Source: Candidatus Poribacteria bacterium
Lineage (GTDB): Bacteria; Poribacteria; WGA-4E; WGA-3G
Length of the DNA stretch: 64,000 nucleotides
Reading direction: 5' to 3'
Assembly: GCA_965197475.1 (NCBI GenBank)
Contig: CBDANF010000002.1
Location: 1,152,001-1,216,000, forward strand
Part shown: piece by piece, positions 9,661 through 20,871 of the stretch
How positions within the stretch are numbered: the first letter of the stretch is position 1
Layout of the letters: the number at the start of each line of letters is the position of its first letter
Program-made: the position numbers and the translations under genes
Notes under the pieces: generated by a model
Told to the model about the DNA's origin: nothing
Seen by the model: the letters and a program-made list of their open reading frames with translations, nothing else
The model's database searches: none

Positions 9661-10457
9661 GAGAGATCCTCCTTTTTTGTGTCCTCTGGTTCTGGGTGAA
9701 GGAGTTGGGTCATGCGATCGGTGTGTTGATATTCCTTGAACAGCGAGAGATACTCGCGTATCAACCGGTCAGAGAGATGAGAAATCAGGCGTATCTGAGC
9801 GTTAGGGAACCCTTGATGATGGAGCGTGGCAACTTGTGTGAAGTCCCTCAAGTAGCGGTAGACAGCCCGTTCGGAGTGGTTCGTCTTTTGCTCAATCTCG
9901 GTGAAGGTGTATGCTTTGAAGTACAGCTCGAGAATCTGCGTCTTATGAGACAGTCCCGGGCCCATGTCGTGTTTCGCCCCGCGCGTCATCACGAAATAGC
10001 CGGACTGCTTCAACGCTCGGATGTCGCGTTTGACGGTGGCAGGACTGGTGGTTAATAACACCGCCAAATCCTCATAACTCAGCAAGGCTTCTTGGTCATA
10101 AGCTTCTTGGGTCAATCGGAGGATCCGATGCCGTCTGAGTCCTGCGAGCCCATAAGTCGCTAAAACTTCAAGGTCGGCTTCAACATCGTTGAGTTTGAGT
10201 CGACAGGAGACTTTTTTCGCTAAAGCGATGTGTTTGCCTGCGGGTTCCTCAGCGGCGACTGCCTCGTAGCAGATTTGCCCTGATGTGAGTTGCACATCGG
10301 CATGTTGTTCAAAGTAGGTAGAAATCTGTTTATAGTAGGCTTCAGCAACGAGAGGCATGAGATTAAAGTCTGCTGAAATCTTCTGAATAATCGCGGCTCT
10401 GGCATTCTTGGATTCGAGCCGAGTGATACCGTAAGCGGTATCCTTCTTGCGGTTCAT
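9657..10457 (-). CDS. DUF1670-like protein A
   Basis: RILRLTQEAYDQEALLSYEDLAVLL...TRGAKHDMGPGLSHKTQILELY...HSERAVYRYLRDF; GGAGGT RBS before ATG 10457. Confidence 0.8.
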   Translation of the reverse strand: MNRKKDTAYGITRLESKNARAAIIQKISADFNLMPLVAEAYYKQISTYFEQHADVQLTSGQICYEAVAAEEPAGKHIALAKKVSCRLKLNDVEADLEVLATYGLAGLRRHRILRLTQEAYDQEALLSYEDLAVLLTTSPATVKRDIRALKQSGYFVMTRGAKHDMGPGLSHKTQILELYFKAYTFTEIEQKTNHSERAVYRYLRDFTQVATLHHQGFPNAQIRLISHLSDRLIREYLSLFKEYQHTDRMTQLLHPEPEDTKKEDLS

Positions 10458-10770
10458 ATTGACCTCCATGAATAGATTATCGGGGATCCGAGGACATCTA
10501 CTCGTTAGTTTAACGAATACTAATAGTATAACTCATGGGGTCATTTGATACAAACTATAAGTAAAGAAATAAGTTGAGTTGGGTTTCGCTGTGCTCTACC
10601 CCGCCAAATGCCATAGGCGTATTTGGCGTTGATTCCCTACACTTGATTTCTTATTTCGAACTCACGTTTACTATAGTTTGGACAATTTCATCCTATCAGG
10701 ACTTCGGACCAGGTGTTAAATATGGTTTGTAAGCACACTTGAGACAGCTGCTGGTGTCTATCAAAAAATC

Positions 10771-11636
10771 ATGGCAACACTTTATGATGTCTATTTCCCA
10801 TGCGTAGAAGCACTGCGTCCGGGGCCAAAAAGTCGTTGTCCTGATAGTGAAATTCTCACATTTGTTTGGGCTTCTTGAACTGACAGGAAGATAACGAACT
10901 CACAGGATACAACCTTATCAAGCACAACTCGGACATCTTTTCCCATATTTACCGGAACGCTCTCGCTTCAATCGAAGTATGCGAAACCTGTGCCACGCAA
11001 GCGAAAACTCCGGAGGATTTTGACACAGTTCTTACCAGATGATAGGGTTTTCATTGTAGATAGTTTTCCTATCCCGGTTTGCGATTTCAAGCGTGCTGCG
11101 ACTTCTACATCGTCTCTAAAATGTGCTGATGGCACCGGCACCTCGGCAACTTATGGAAAGTGTGCCACAAAAAGGCTTGACACTTTCTTAAGGTTTCGTG
11201 GTAGTCTGATAACCACCGTTTACGAACTATCTGTTGATTTGTGGTCGCCACTGCGGATACAGATGATCAAGAAATGCTCAGCTTACTATGTGAACGCGGC
11301 ACTTGTCCTATTATCCTTGGAGATAAAGGATATTTCCGAGTAACTTGAGACTGATTTACTTGAAACAGACAATGTGCGTCTTTTACCGACGCGGTGTCCA
11401 AATCAGAAAACACAATACCCAAAGCCGTTTCGGAAGTTGCACGGTAAAACGGTGGCGGATTGAGACGACTATCAGTCAACTCACAAATCAGTTTAATGTT
11501 TCACAAATACGCGCCCGCGCTCATTGAAGTTTTCAAACACGGTTGAGCAATAAGTTGATGGTTGGACATTAGGTGTTTTTTGAATCAATATTTAGGATGC
11601 CCGTTAATGGCACTCAAAGATGTCGTTTATACATAA
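10771..11636 (+). pseudogene. Decayed IS982-family transposase
   Basis: Fragments DSEILT, LPERSRFNR..RNL, IVDSFPIPVC, GDKGY (off-frame) and RWRIETTISQL...IRAR, split by stops and frameshifts. Confidence 0.75.
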
Positions 11637-11709
11637 ACAATTTCAAAAAAGATAGAAACATATTACAAAAAGTTAACTAACACAAGGCGTTATTTCTCAG
11701 GAGGTATTC

Positions 11710-13452
11710 ATGAATAATCCAAAATCTGGCTCAAAAAACCCTAAAAGCAAAACAAACACAAAAGAAAACGGCAATAACATATCTGATACAAACTTTATCC
11801 GACAAGCAATTGAAGAAGATATAGCATCAAATAGATTTGATGGGAGGGTGCATACCCGATTTCCTCCCGAACCGAGTGGATACCTCCATATCGGTCACGC
11901 CAAAGCCATCTGTATTAGTTTCGGCATCGCCGAAGACTATGGCGGACTTTACAACCTCCGATTCGACGACAGTAATCCGATCACAGAAGAGAGTGAATAC
12001 GTAGAAGCGATTAAACGGGATGTCCGTTGGCTCGGATTTAATTGGGAGGAACGCGAATTCCATGCCTCTGACTATTTCGAAACACTTTATGAATATGCTG
12101 TCAAACTGATAGAGAAAGGGAAAGCTTACGTCTGTGATCTGACACCAGAGGAAACGCGCACTTATCGTGGCACTTTAGTGACAGCCGGCAAAGATAGTCC
12201 CTACCGAAACCGTTCTATTGAAGAAAATCTAACGTTGTTCCGTGGGATGTGCGATGGTAAATTTTCCGACGGTTCTCGTACTCTCCGCGCCAAAATTGAT
12301 ATGACAAGTCCGAATTTAAATATGCGCGACCCTGTGATGTATCGTGTTCTCCACACCCCACACTATCGACATGGGACCAATTGGTGCATCTATCCTACCT
12401 ACGATTTCACACATGGACAATCCGATTCGATCGAAGGCGTTACACATTCCTTATGTGACGTTCAGTTTGAAGATCATCGTCCGTTATATGACTGGTTTTT
12501 GGAATCGTTGGAAATTTACTCACCTCGACAGATTGAATTTGCTCGACTGAACCTTACCTACACTATACTTGGTAAGCGGAAACTCAAAATCCTCGTTGAA
12601 CAAGGACACGTCAAAGGGTGGGACGATCCGAGACTACCCACACTTGCGGGTATGCGTCGTCGCGGTTATACCCCTGAATCTATTCGAGATTTTTGCAACC
12701 GCATTGGTGTGTCGAAAGCCAATAATCTCATTGAGATCGGACAACTTGAATACTCTATCCGCGATGATCTGAATCGTCGTGCGCCTCGTGTGATGGCTGT
12801 GCTGAATCCGGTCAAAGTTACTATTGATAACTATCCAGAAGGACAAGTTGAGATGCTTGATGCTGACAATAACCCGGAAGATGAAAACGCAGGGGCAAGG
12901 ACAATCCCTTTCTCACGAGAAATCTACATTGAACGTGAAGATTTTATGGAAGATCCGCCACGAAAATTTTATAGACTTGCCCCCGGACGAGAGGTTCGGC
13001 TTAAACATGCATACTATATCACCTGCGACCACGTTGTTAAAGATGAAAACACTGGTGAAATCGTTGATATCCACTGCACTTATGATCCAAAAACTCGTGG
13101 TGGTTGGTCTGATGACGGACGGAGGGTACAAGGCACACTGCACTGGGTTTCTGCTGAACATGCTGTTGATGCTGAGGTGCGCCTATACGGTTCGCTCTTT
13201 ACAGAGCGCGAACCGGAAAACGTAGCGGATGGCACCGATTGGATACAATTCCTCAATCCGAATTCTTTAGAGATTCTAAATAATTGCAAGGTTGAACCGA
13301 GTCTTGTTGAGGCAATGCCTGAAAGTCGATATCAGTTCCTACGGATGGGATATTTTTGCGTTGATCCAGACACAACACCAGAAAAATCGGTATTCAATCG
13401 TACAGTACCGCTGCGGGATAGCTGGGCAAAAATTCAGAAAGGACAGAAATGA
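11710..13452 (+). CDS. glnS: Glutamine--tRNA ligase
   Basis: [52 protein letters not shown] and [11 protein letters not shown] motifs. Confidence 0.96.
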   Translation: MNNPKSGSKNPKSKTNTKENGNNISDTNFIRQAIEEDIASNRFDGRVHTRFPPEPSGYLHIGHAKAICISFGIAEDYGGLYNLRFDDSNPITEESEYVEAIKRDVRWLGFNWEEREFHASDYFETLYEYAVKLIEKGKAYVCDLTPEETRTYRGTLVTAGKDSPYRNRSIEENLTLFRGMCDGKFSDGSRTLRAKIDMTSPNLNMRDPVMYRVLHTPHYRHGTNWCIYPTYDFTHGQSDSIEGVTHSLCDVQFEDHRPLYDWFLESLEIYSPRQIEFARLNLTYTILGKRKLKILVEQGHVKGWDDPRLPTLAGMRRRGYTPESIRDFCNRIGVSKANNLIEIGQLEYSIRDDLNRRAPRVMAVLNPVKVTIDNYPEGQVEMLDADNNPEDENAGARTIPFSREIYIEREDFMEDPPRKFYRLAPGREVRLKHAYYITCDHVVKDENTGEIVDIHCTYDPKTRGGWSDDGRRVQGTLHWVSAEHAVDAEVRLYGSLFTEREPENVADGTDWIQFLNPNSLEILNNCKVEPSLVEAMPESRYQFLRMGYFCVDPDTTPEKSVFNRTVPLRDSWAKIQKGQK

Positions 13453-14936
13453 ACAAAATACCTATTCCAAATGATCAAGTCAGGGTTCGTATGGCACCCT
13501 CTCCAACCGGTTTCTTACATATCGGTGGTGCGAGGACAGCACTATTCAATTGGGTGTTCGCCAAACACCACAACGGCAAATTCATCTTACGGATTGATGA
13601 TACAGATAAGGCGCGTTCCACAGACGAATCTATGCATGAAATCTATACGGCAATGAAGTGGTTAGGTCTTGAGTGGGACGAAGGCGGTGATAAAGGTGGA
13701 ACCTACGGACCTTACGTGCAATCCGAACGGAAAGCCATCTACGAAAAATACGTTACGCAGCTGCTTGAAAACAGCAATGCATACCACTGCTATTGTACCC
13801 CCGAAGAATTAGAAGACATCCGCACAGAAGCGCGCACCGCGAAATCTACACGATCCTACGACGGACGGTGCAAACACCTTACATCAGAAAACATTGAACG
13901 TTATATGGCAGAAGGCAGAAAACCGACCGTCCGTATAAAAATGCCTGACGCACCAATCCGTGTTGACGACCTTATTCTCGGTTCACGCGACATTGATCCC
14001 GCCACCTTAGAGGATGAAGTGATTGTCCGTTCAAACGGCATGCCGAATTACAATCTCACCTCTATTATAGACGATGTAGAAATGCAAATTACGCATGTAA
14101 TCAGAGGAACAGAACACCTCAACAACACACCGAAACAGATTGCAATTGCGAATGCACTCGGTTTGAATCTGCCACAATTCGCACATATTCCGCTGGTGCT
14201 TGATGATACCGGTAGAAAACTGAGTAAACGTCATCACGGTGACCTTGTCGCTGTCAACCGATACCGTGAGCAAGGGTATCTACCCGAAGCGATGCTGAAC
14301 TTCGTTGCAAGACTCGGTTGGTCTTACGACGATAAACAGGAAATCTTCTCTGTTGATGAACTTATAGATAAATTTGACCTCGCACGGGTTGGCAAAAGCG
14401 GTAGTGTGTTTGATATTAAGAAGTTGGAGTGGCTCAACTCCCACTATATTAACCAACTTGATGTGGCAGCACGGACAGACGCGGTGATACCTTTCTGGGA
14501 ACAAGAAGGTTTAGTGGATTCCACGTCAAAGCGAGACTGGCTTGAGAAGATTGTGGAAGCCGTGGGTGAACGTCTTACAACGTTTCAAGACATCGTTCCA
14601 CAAACTCGTTATTTCTTTACCGATGATTTTGAGTATGAGTCGAAAGCGGTCAAGAAATGGTGGGAAGGTTCAGACGAAAAGAAGCAAAAAACTTGTGAGA
14701 TTCTGACAAATCTCGGACAGATTTTGGAAGAAGTTTCTGCGTTTGATCTCGAAACGGTAGAAACTGCTATTTGGAAATACACAGATGAAAACGACATCAA
14801 ACGCGTCGCTGCAATGCAGGCAATGCGGATTGCGCTGACGGAAACATCGTTCGGTCCAAGCCTTTTTGATATTGTTATCCTGCTCGGCAAAGACGAGGTT
14901 TTGAAGCGAATTCAAAAGGCGATAACGTATTTATAG
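13449..14936 (+). CDS. gltX: Glutamate--tRNA ligase
   Basis: [25 protein letters not shown] and KLSKRH motifs. Confidence 0.96.
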   Translation: MNKIPIPNDQVRVRMAPSPTGFLHIGGARTALFNWVFAKHHNGKFILRIDDTDKARSTDESMHEIYTAMKWLGLEWDEGGDKGGTYGPYVQSERKAIYEKYVTQLLENSNAYHCYCTPEELEDIRTEARTAKSTRSYDGRCKHLTSENIERYMAEGRKPTVRIKMPDAPIRVDDLILGSRDIDPATLEDEVIVRSNGMPNYNLTSIIDDVEMQITHVIRGTEHLNNTPKQIAIANALGLNLPQFAHIPLVLDDTGRKLSKRHHGDLVAVNRYREQGYLPEAMLNFVARLGWSYDDKQEIFSVDELIDKFDLARVGKSGSVFDIKKLEWLNSHYINQLDVAARTDAVIPFWEQEGLVDSTSKRDWLEKIVEAVGERLTTFQDIVPQTRYFFTDDFEYESKAVKKWWEGSDEKKQKTCEILTNLGQILEEVSAFDLETVETAIWKYTDENDIKRVAAMQAMRIALTETSFGPSLFDIVILLGKDEVLKRIQKAITYL

Positions 14937-15841
14937 TAGATCCTGAAAATAAGTTTACATTTTCTGTGATTTATGTTAGCCTTTATGATTATGGCATATT
15001 CAACAGATGGACGCAAACGCGTGCTTGATTTCATCAATAATGGTGGCAGTAAAGCCGCCGCAGAACGCACTTTTCGTGTCTCAAGAAGAACGATCTATAA
15101 CTGGTTGGAAGCAGAAGACCCCTTCGCCTGTGAAAAACCGGGACCCAAAGGTCCCCGAGATATTGATTATGACGCACTTCAGCAACATGTTGCCGATTTC
15201 CCAGATTCCACACTCGCCGAACGTGCCAAACACTTCGGTGTTTCAACAAACGGCATCTTTTATGCCTTCTCAAAACTCAATATTACGCGAAAAAAAAGAC
15301 AACGACCTACAAAGAACAGTGTCCGATAAAACGCCAAGAGTATCTTTCGGCACTTCAACAAGAGACACAGGAGCATGGCAAAAAACCGGTTTATCTTGAC
15401 GAAAGTGGTTTCACTGAAACCACTTTCCGTCGGTATGCTTATGCCCCGAAAGGTGTCCGTGTTGAAGATAAAGTGCCAAGCCATCGGTATACCACCACGA
15501 CGCTGATTGCGGCACGGCTTGATGGATGTTTCACAGCACCTGTGCTTTTCAAGGGCAGTTGCGATGTGATCGCCTTCAACAGTTGGCTTTCGGAAATGTT
15601 GTGTCCATTGCTTGACGATAGCCATGTTGTGATTATGGATAATGCGTCTTTCCACAAAGGTTCACAGACGGCAGCATTGATCCGGGATTGCGGTGCAAGT
15701 TTGTTGTTTTTACCGCCGTATTCACCGGAGTTGAATCCGATTGAGAAGGATTTCGCCAACATCAAGCGGATACGTCAATACAATGCTCAGACTTCTATTG
15801 ATGATATTATAAAAGTGTATAAGTAATTACGGGATTTACTA
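14934..15841 (+). mobile_element. IS630-family insertion sequence
   Basis: Imperfect TIRs (TAGTAGATCCTG / CGGGATTTACTA) flanked by TA; HTH ORF plus DDE ORF. Confidence 0.88.
14991..15826 (+). CDS. IS630 transposase (two ORFs joined by a -1 frameshift at the A8 run, ~15290-15297)
   Basis: MAYSTD.RKRV HTH domain; the -1 frame reads KTTTYKEQ...VYLDESG...VIMDNASFHK...LPPYSPELNPIE. Confidence 0.88.
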
Positions 15842-16145
15842 TAACACAAGGCTCATCTTTTTTAGGTAAATACATGAAAAACAATCCTCCTATGCCATTT
15901 TTTGTTCCTTTAGAGAAAAAGTAAGTGAGCGGATTTTAGCAGCGTGCATGGTGCCCGCGGATTATTATAATAGAAAAAAAGCGAAGTTTTGTCAACATTT
16001 TTAGACGAAAGTAGGTGAGGCCTTTATACACCTCACGCCTACAATGAATTTCAGAAACAATTTGACAAAAATCGACTTTTTTTCTACACTCTTAACAACA
16101 TAACTTGTTTGTTGCTACCAAAACATACATAAAAAAGGAATTCCG

Positions 16146-16342
16146 ATGGAAAACCACCTGATTGTTATAGCACTCTTGCTCATTTCACGCGCGCACCCCA
16201 CTTGCATCGCCCAAGACAACAGAAAATTAAACTTATCCGGAGGTGCGACCACCACCTTGGTAAAGGCGGCATAACAGGTGACATTGCATACTCGCCAGAC
16301 GGCACGTGTCTTGCGGTCACTAATGCCAGTGGAATGTCCTAA
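16146..16342 (+). pseudogene. N-terminal remnant of a secreted WD40-repeat protein
   Basis: Signal-peptide-like start, then a frameshift into LGKGGITGDIAYSPDGTCLAV followed by a stop. Confidence 0.6.
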
Positions 16343-16549
16343 CCCTTATCAAGATGAAGAGGAATACTCCAGCCGCAGGTGGTGGATTGAAAATCTATCG
16401 CCCGTTTTTTTACAAAAAAAGCCAATTATATGATATGCTATTTATTTACTTTTGATCGATACATTTTTCTAACTCGGTTACCAAAACGGAGGGTTCACCC
16501 TTAAATCGCTCCTGAACCTTCCTTAGTCGCTTACATCACAGGAATTAAC

Positions 16550-17341
16550 ATGCATCCACTTATTGACTTAAAAGTGCCAGAAGGTTCTATTGCTGTTCAC
16601 TGGTTTGAACAGAGTAGTTTTGCCTTGAAAGATTCAAATGGCACGATTATCCAAATTGACCCTTATTTTCCGCGGAACCGTCCCTCGGATCGCTTTATTC
16701 ACACCGAACCTCCCTTAGATGAGTCGGAACTTCCGCCCGATTTTGTGCTATTGACACACGCACACGGCGATCATACATGCCCCGAATCTATAAACCGAAT
16801 TTGGGAGACCAGTACTGCAACGCGATTTATCGGACCGGAAGAGAGCGTTCGCCAAATTTCGCCAGATACAGATGTTGCGTCAAATAAGGTTTCAGAGATT
16901 TGCGCGGGAGAATCAGCGGAACTAAACAATCTCACTGTGCATGCTGTCTATGCAAAACCGCCCACGGGTGATCCTTCTGCCAACATTGGACCGCCTGATG
17001 TTACGCACCTGGGCTATGTTATCGTAGGTGACGGTGTAACGCTATACTTCAGTGGCGATCCGATCAATAACTTTGCTGAACATGACGATCTGATTTTAGC
17101 GGTGGCAGCGTATAAACCGGATATCGGTTTTCTGACAAATCATCCGACCGAGGGTGAGTTTCCGTTTTACGATGGATGCGTTAAAATGGCAACGCGTATT
17201 GGTCTAAAGCATGCAGTGCCGGTGCATCGTGCATGTTTCGTCACCCGTGATTATGATCCGCAGGAATGGGCATCGAATTTTCCAGCGGGTGGTCCGGAAC
17301 CGCTTGTCATTGAGAGAAACACGCATATAATTTATTCATAA
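16550..17341 (+). CDS. MBL-fold metallo-hydrolase (UlaG-like)
   Basis: IDPYF, THAHGDH, YFSGD and VPVH motifs. Confidence 0.85.
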   Translation: MHPLIDLKVPEGSIAVHWFEQSSFALKDSNGTIIQIDPYFPRNRPSDRFIHTEPPLDESELPPDFVLLTHAHGDHTCPESINRIWETSTATRFIGPEESVRQISPDTDVASNKVSEICAGESAELNNLTVHAVYAKPPTGDPSANIGPPDVTHLGYVIVGDGVTLYFSGDPINNFAEHDDLILAVAAYKPDIGFLTNHPTEGEFPFYDGCVKMATRIGLKHAVPVHRACFVTRDYDPQEWASNFPAGGPEPLVIERNTHIIYS

Positions 17342-17449
17342 TGAAAATAGCTTTGGGTATTAAGTTGGGTTTCGCTTTCAGCTCAACCCCGTCGAATGCC
17401 ATAAGCGCATTCGACGTTGATTCACTACATTTTGAGGTACAGATAAGAT

Positions 17450-17977
17450 ATGTCTCTTCAAGAACAAAAAACACCCCTTGTCGGTATTGTGATGGGGAGT
17501 GATTCCGATTTAGAAAAGATGGCTGAAGCCGCGAAGGTTTTAGAGGATTTTGAAGTGCCGTTTGAGATAACGATCTCTTCGGCGCACCGTTCACCTGAAC
17601 GGACGCTTGCGTGGACGGAAAAGATTAAAGCAGAAGGCGGTAAGGTCATTATCGCGGGCGCGGGACGCGCAGCGCATCTTGCAGGTGTTATTGCTGCACA
17701 TACGACGCTTCCCGTTATCGGGGTGCCGATAGATGGTGGACCCCTCAACGGCGTTGATGCGCTGTATGCGACAGTGCAGATGCCTCCCGGTATTCCTGTT
17801 GGAACGATGGCGATTGGGTCGGGTGGCGCAAGAAATGCGGGAATATTCGCAGTGCAGATTTTGGCACTTCAATATCCCGAATTGGAAGCGAAGCTGCAAG
17901 CCTATAAAACAAAAATGAGTGATGGGGTTGCGGAGAAAGCGGCGCGTCTTCAAGAAGTTGGTTATCAGAATTATTAG
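17450..17977 (+). CDS. purE: N5-CAIR mutase
   Basis: MGSDSD, SAHRSP, AGAG.AAHL and VQMPPGIPV motifs. Confidence 0.97.
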   Translation: MSLQEQKTPLVGIVMGSDSDLEKMAEAAKVLEDFEVPFEITISSAHRSPERTLAWTEKIKAEGGKVIIAGAGRAAHLAGVIAAHTTLPVIGVPIDGGPLNGVDALYATVQMPPGIPVGTMAIGSGGARNAGIFAVQILALQYPELEAKLQAYKTKMSDGVAEKAARLQEVGYQNY

Positions 17978-17998
17978 GTTTGGTAAGCATAAGAAAAA

Positions 17999-18246
17999 CC
18001 ATTGGCGTAATTTAGCGGTCCTCCGACCCCGGTAGGTTCGGTTTCCTAACCGAACCGGTCTTATCCGAGTTGGCAGCCAGCAATCGCCAAGACTTCTTTA
18101 TAGGAGTGCTTTGTAAGCGCGATATTTCGGTGCTGAAAACATCTCCTACAAGATCATAAGTTCGTTATTGGACAATACGGAGCGGTTAGAAACCGCTCCT
18201 ACCGGCCCTAAGTTTGCAGTAATTTTCTTAAATTAACACCTATGGG
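17999..18246. mobile_element. Degenerate MITE family A copy containing GGTAGGT.CGGTT REP-like units
   Basis: Right end TTAAATTAACACCTATGGG; flanking imperfect direct repeat AAGCATA(A/G)GAAA. Confidence 0.55.
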
Positions 18247-18264
18247 CAAGCATAGGAAACCTTT

Positions 18265-18948
18265 ATGGAAACTGAAGAAAGTAGACAGTGGGAAAACGAT
18301 ACAGAACTCTTTGATATGATGGAAGAGCAGTTATATGCGGCTGTGATTTCGGATGCGTTGGACGCAGCCGGGTTCCGTGGGCAGGCACTTCAACACACTA
18401 TCCGTCCGTTACTTCCTGAAACGGTTGTTGTCGGCCGCGCGATGCCTGTGCTGTGTATGGACGTTTATGAGATTCCTGATGAACCGTATCAACAGGAAAT
18501 TGCAGCGGTGGATAGTCTAAAACAGGACGATGTGCTTGTCTGCTCAACTAATGGGAGTACTCGTATCTGCTTTTGGGGGGAACTTCTCTCAACGGCGGCA
18601 CGAGTGCGGGGTGCGCGTGGTGCTGTTATTGATGGGTTCATCCGGGACGTTCGTAAGATCATGGAGATGCGGTTTCCTATATTTACAACTGGAATATCGC
18701 CTATAGACTCTAACGGACGTGGAGAGGTGGTTGCGTATAACGTCACGATTGAATGTGGCGGTGTCACGGTGAATCCTGGGGATATCGTGTTCGGTGATGC
18801 GGATGGCGTGGTTATTATTCCACAGGCGATAGAAATGAAAATAATTACGGCTGCGTTGCAAAAGGTGAAAAGTGAAAACAGCACCCGTGATGCGCTCCGA
18901 GAAGGTGCAACGCTCCGGGAAGTTTACGACAAATATGGGATTCTGTAA
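18265..18948 (+). CDS. RraA family / HMG aldolase-like protein
   Basis: ISDALD, FWGELL, GAVIDG.IRD and V.PGDIVFGD.DGVV motifs. Confidence 0.9.
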   Translation: METEESRQWENDTELFDMMEEQLYAAVISDALDAAGFRGQALQHTIRPLLPETVVVGRAMPVLCMDVYEIPDEPYQQEIAAVDSLKQDDVLVCSTNGSTRICFWGELLSTAARVRGARGAVIDGFIRDVRKIMEMRFPIFTTGISPIDSNGRGEVVAYNVTIECGGVTVNPGDIVFGDADGVVIIPQAIEMKIITAALQKVKSENSTRDALREGATLREVYDKYGIL

Positions 18949-19299
18949 CGACACATCAAATGTGCCAAATTAACGCTAAATGCCAGACGCGCATTTGGCG
19001 TTAATTTGTTTAGAGAATCAACATTGCAATTTCCCCAAATAAAACGTGATTTTGAATAGTCGTACTTATTTACACACTTCCCCAATTTTAAACAGAATCG
19101 CAGGAGTTTGGTATCCTTATTGCTAATTTTAACGTTATAAGTGCAAAGGGTTTATTGGCTATTTGTGCTAAAATCAGACGAAAGATTCAAATTTTTTACC
19201 CGAAAAAATTTGAGGGAAGTTGTTATTTACATAATCTATACCTCCGAATTCTTGCCTATAAATTAGGTATCATTTTGATTTAAATTTCGCTAATTTAAC

Positions 19300-19329
19300 T
19301 TGCTATTTAAACCAGAAAAATGATATAAT
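19300..19329 (+). promoter_or_regulatory. Putative dnaA promoter
   Basis: TTGCTA, 18-bp spacer, TGn-TATAAT, 100 bp upstream of the ATG. Confidence 0.5.
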
Positions 19330-19429
19330 TTACGTTCGCGTCATTCATATTTTTTTGTAGGAATTTCATAAATATTTTAATAACATGGTTCGGATACTTA
19401 GCAACCTTTAATAGGTTAGGAACATTCTC

Positions 19430-20764
19430 ATGCGACACACCCCTGATTCACTCTGGATAGAAATACTTGAGGAGCTTGGCGAAACAGTTCTCAACGATAT
19501 CTATCTGCGCCAAGTTACGCCACGTTCGCTCAACGAGGAGTCTTTGAATATTGCAGTTCCTTCCGATTATACAAGAGACGAAATTGAAAATAGATTTCTG
19601 AGTGACATTAAGAAGGTATTAGCTGATCGAATAAGCCCTGACTGTGAATTGAAAATTTCGGTGGATACATCTCTTGCCAAAATCCCCAAGCCTGAAAAAA
19701 GCAAACCTGGTTCTGAAAAAAATAACTTTGAAGCAGCGCGTTTGAATCCGAACTATGTCTTTGAGAATTTCGTTGTTGGGCAGAGCAATCGAATCTGTCA
19801 TGCGACTGCCCTTACGGCATCCGATGACCCAGGCGGAGAATATAACCCACTTTTTATATACGGCGGCGTAGGACTCGGAAAAACGCACCTGCTTCATGCT
19901 ATCGGCAATCGAGTGCAAGATAAAACCCCGAAACGAAACGTTGTTTACGTCACCTCTGAAACGTTTATGAACGAATATATTGAGTCTATCGTCAACCCCA
20001 CTTCAGCCCAAGGATTCCGAACAAAATACCGGACAACCGACCTATTGCTAATTGACGACATTCAATTTATACAACGTAAAGGAGGCACACAAGAGGAATT
20101 TTTTAATACCTTCAACGATTTATATCATAACTCAAATCAAATCGTGATGACGAGTGATCGGTCACCCCGTATGCTTGAGAACCTTGAAGAAAGGCTAAGT
20201 TCGCGTTTTGAATGGGGAATGGTTGCAGAAATTGACAAGCCAAATTATGAGCTCCGCCTTGCAATTTTGCAGCGAAAATGTCAAAACCAAGACTTTGAGG
20301 ATATTTCCGATGAAGTGCTAAGCTACATCGCAGAAATGGTAATCACAAATATCCGTGAATTGGAGGGCATGCTGGTCCGTCTTAAGGCGCAAGCTTCAAT
20401 TTACGGTGAACGACTTGATATTGACTTTGCTCGGCGGGTATTAAACGACACATCAACACCTGCCAGAGGATCACACCAAAAGATTGTTACCCCAGCAGCA
20501 ATACAAAAAATTGTGACTGATCATTTTCAACTGAACAGCGATGACCTAACTTCGGTAAAACGCACAAAAGCTATTGCCTTCCCCCGTCAAATTGCGATGT
20601 ATCTTTGCCGGGAACTGACACAGATTTCTTTGTTAGATATCGCCGAAGCTTTTAACAGGCAAAACCATACAACCATTATACATGCATGCACACAAGTTGA
20701 AAAACTACTTGAAGATGAGGAAACAAAAAAGCTTGTAGAACTTTTAATTAATGAATTGACATGA
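19430..20764 (+). CDS. dnaA: Chromosomal replication initiator DnaA
   Basis: NP.Y.FENFVVG.SN, YNPLFIYGGVGLGKTHL, DDIQF, RELEG, PRQIAMYL and NHTTIIHA motifs. Confidence 0.98.
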   Translation: MRHTPDSLWIEILEELGETVLNDIYLRQVTPRSLNEESLNIAVPSDYTRDEIENRFLSDIKKVLADRISPDCELKISVDTSLAKIPKPEKSKPGSEKNNFEAARLNPNYVFENFVVGQSNRICHATALTASDDPGGEYNPLFIYGGVGLGKTHLLHAIGNRVQDKTPKRNVVYVTSETFMNEYIESIVNPTSAQGFRTKYRTTDLLLIDDIQFIQRKGGTQEEFFNTFNDLYHNSNQIVMTSDRSPRMLENLEERLSSRFEWGMVAEIDKPNYELRLAILQRKCQNQDFEDISDEVLSYIAEMVITNIRELEGMLVRLKAQASIYGERLDIDFARRVLNDTSTPARGSHQKIVTPAAIQKIVTDHFQLNSDDLTSVKRTKAIAFPRQIAMYLCRELTQISLLDIAEAFNRQNHTTIIHACTQVEKLLEDEETKKLVELLINELT

Positions 20765-20871
20765 GTCCAACACTAAATACTTCACCTGCGAATCTTGGAA
20801 AAATTGGTAGCGTAAGATCGTAAGATATAGAAACTCAGATTTCATCAAGGTTTAGAGACTTAAAACACACG

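Larger units (their letters stand above)
8548..10551 (-). mobile_element. Putative novel IS-like element with 13-bp terminal inverted repeats encoding two DUF1670-like proteins
   Basis: GTATCAAATGACC at 8548-8560 and its exact reverse complement GGTCATTTGATAC at 10539-10551 enclose only two paralogous ORFs and a structured non-coding end. Confidence 0.75.

Noticed and set aside
15290-15329. IS630 frameshift as pseudogenisation
   Set aside because: A -1 shift on an A-run between the HTH and DDE ORFs is typical of IS630, and the downstream frame is open.
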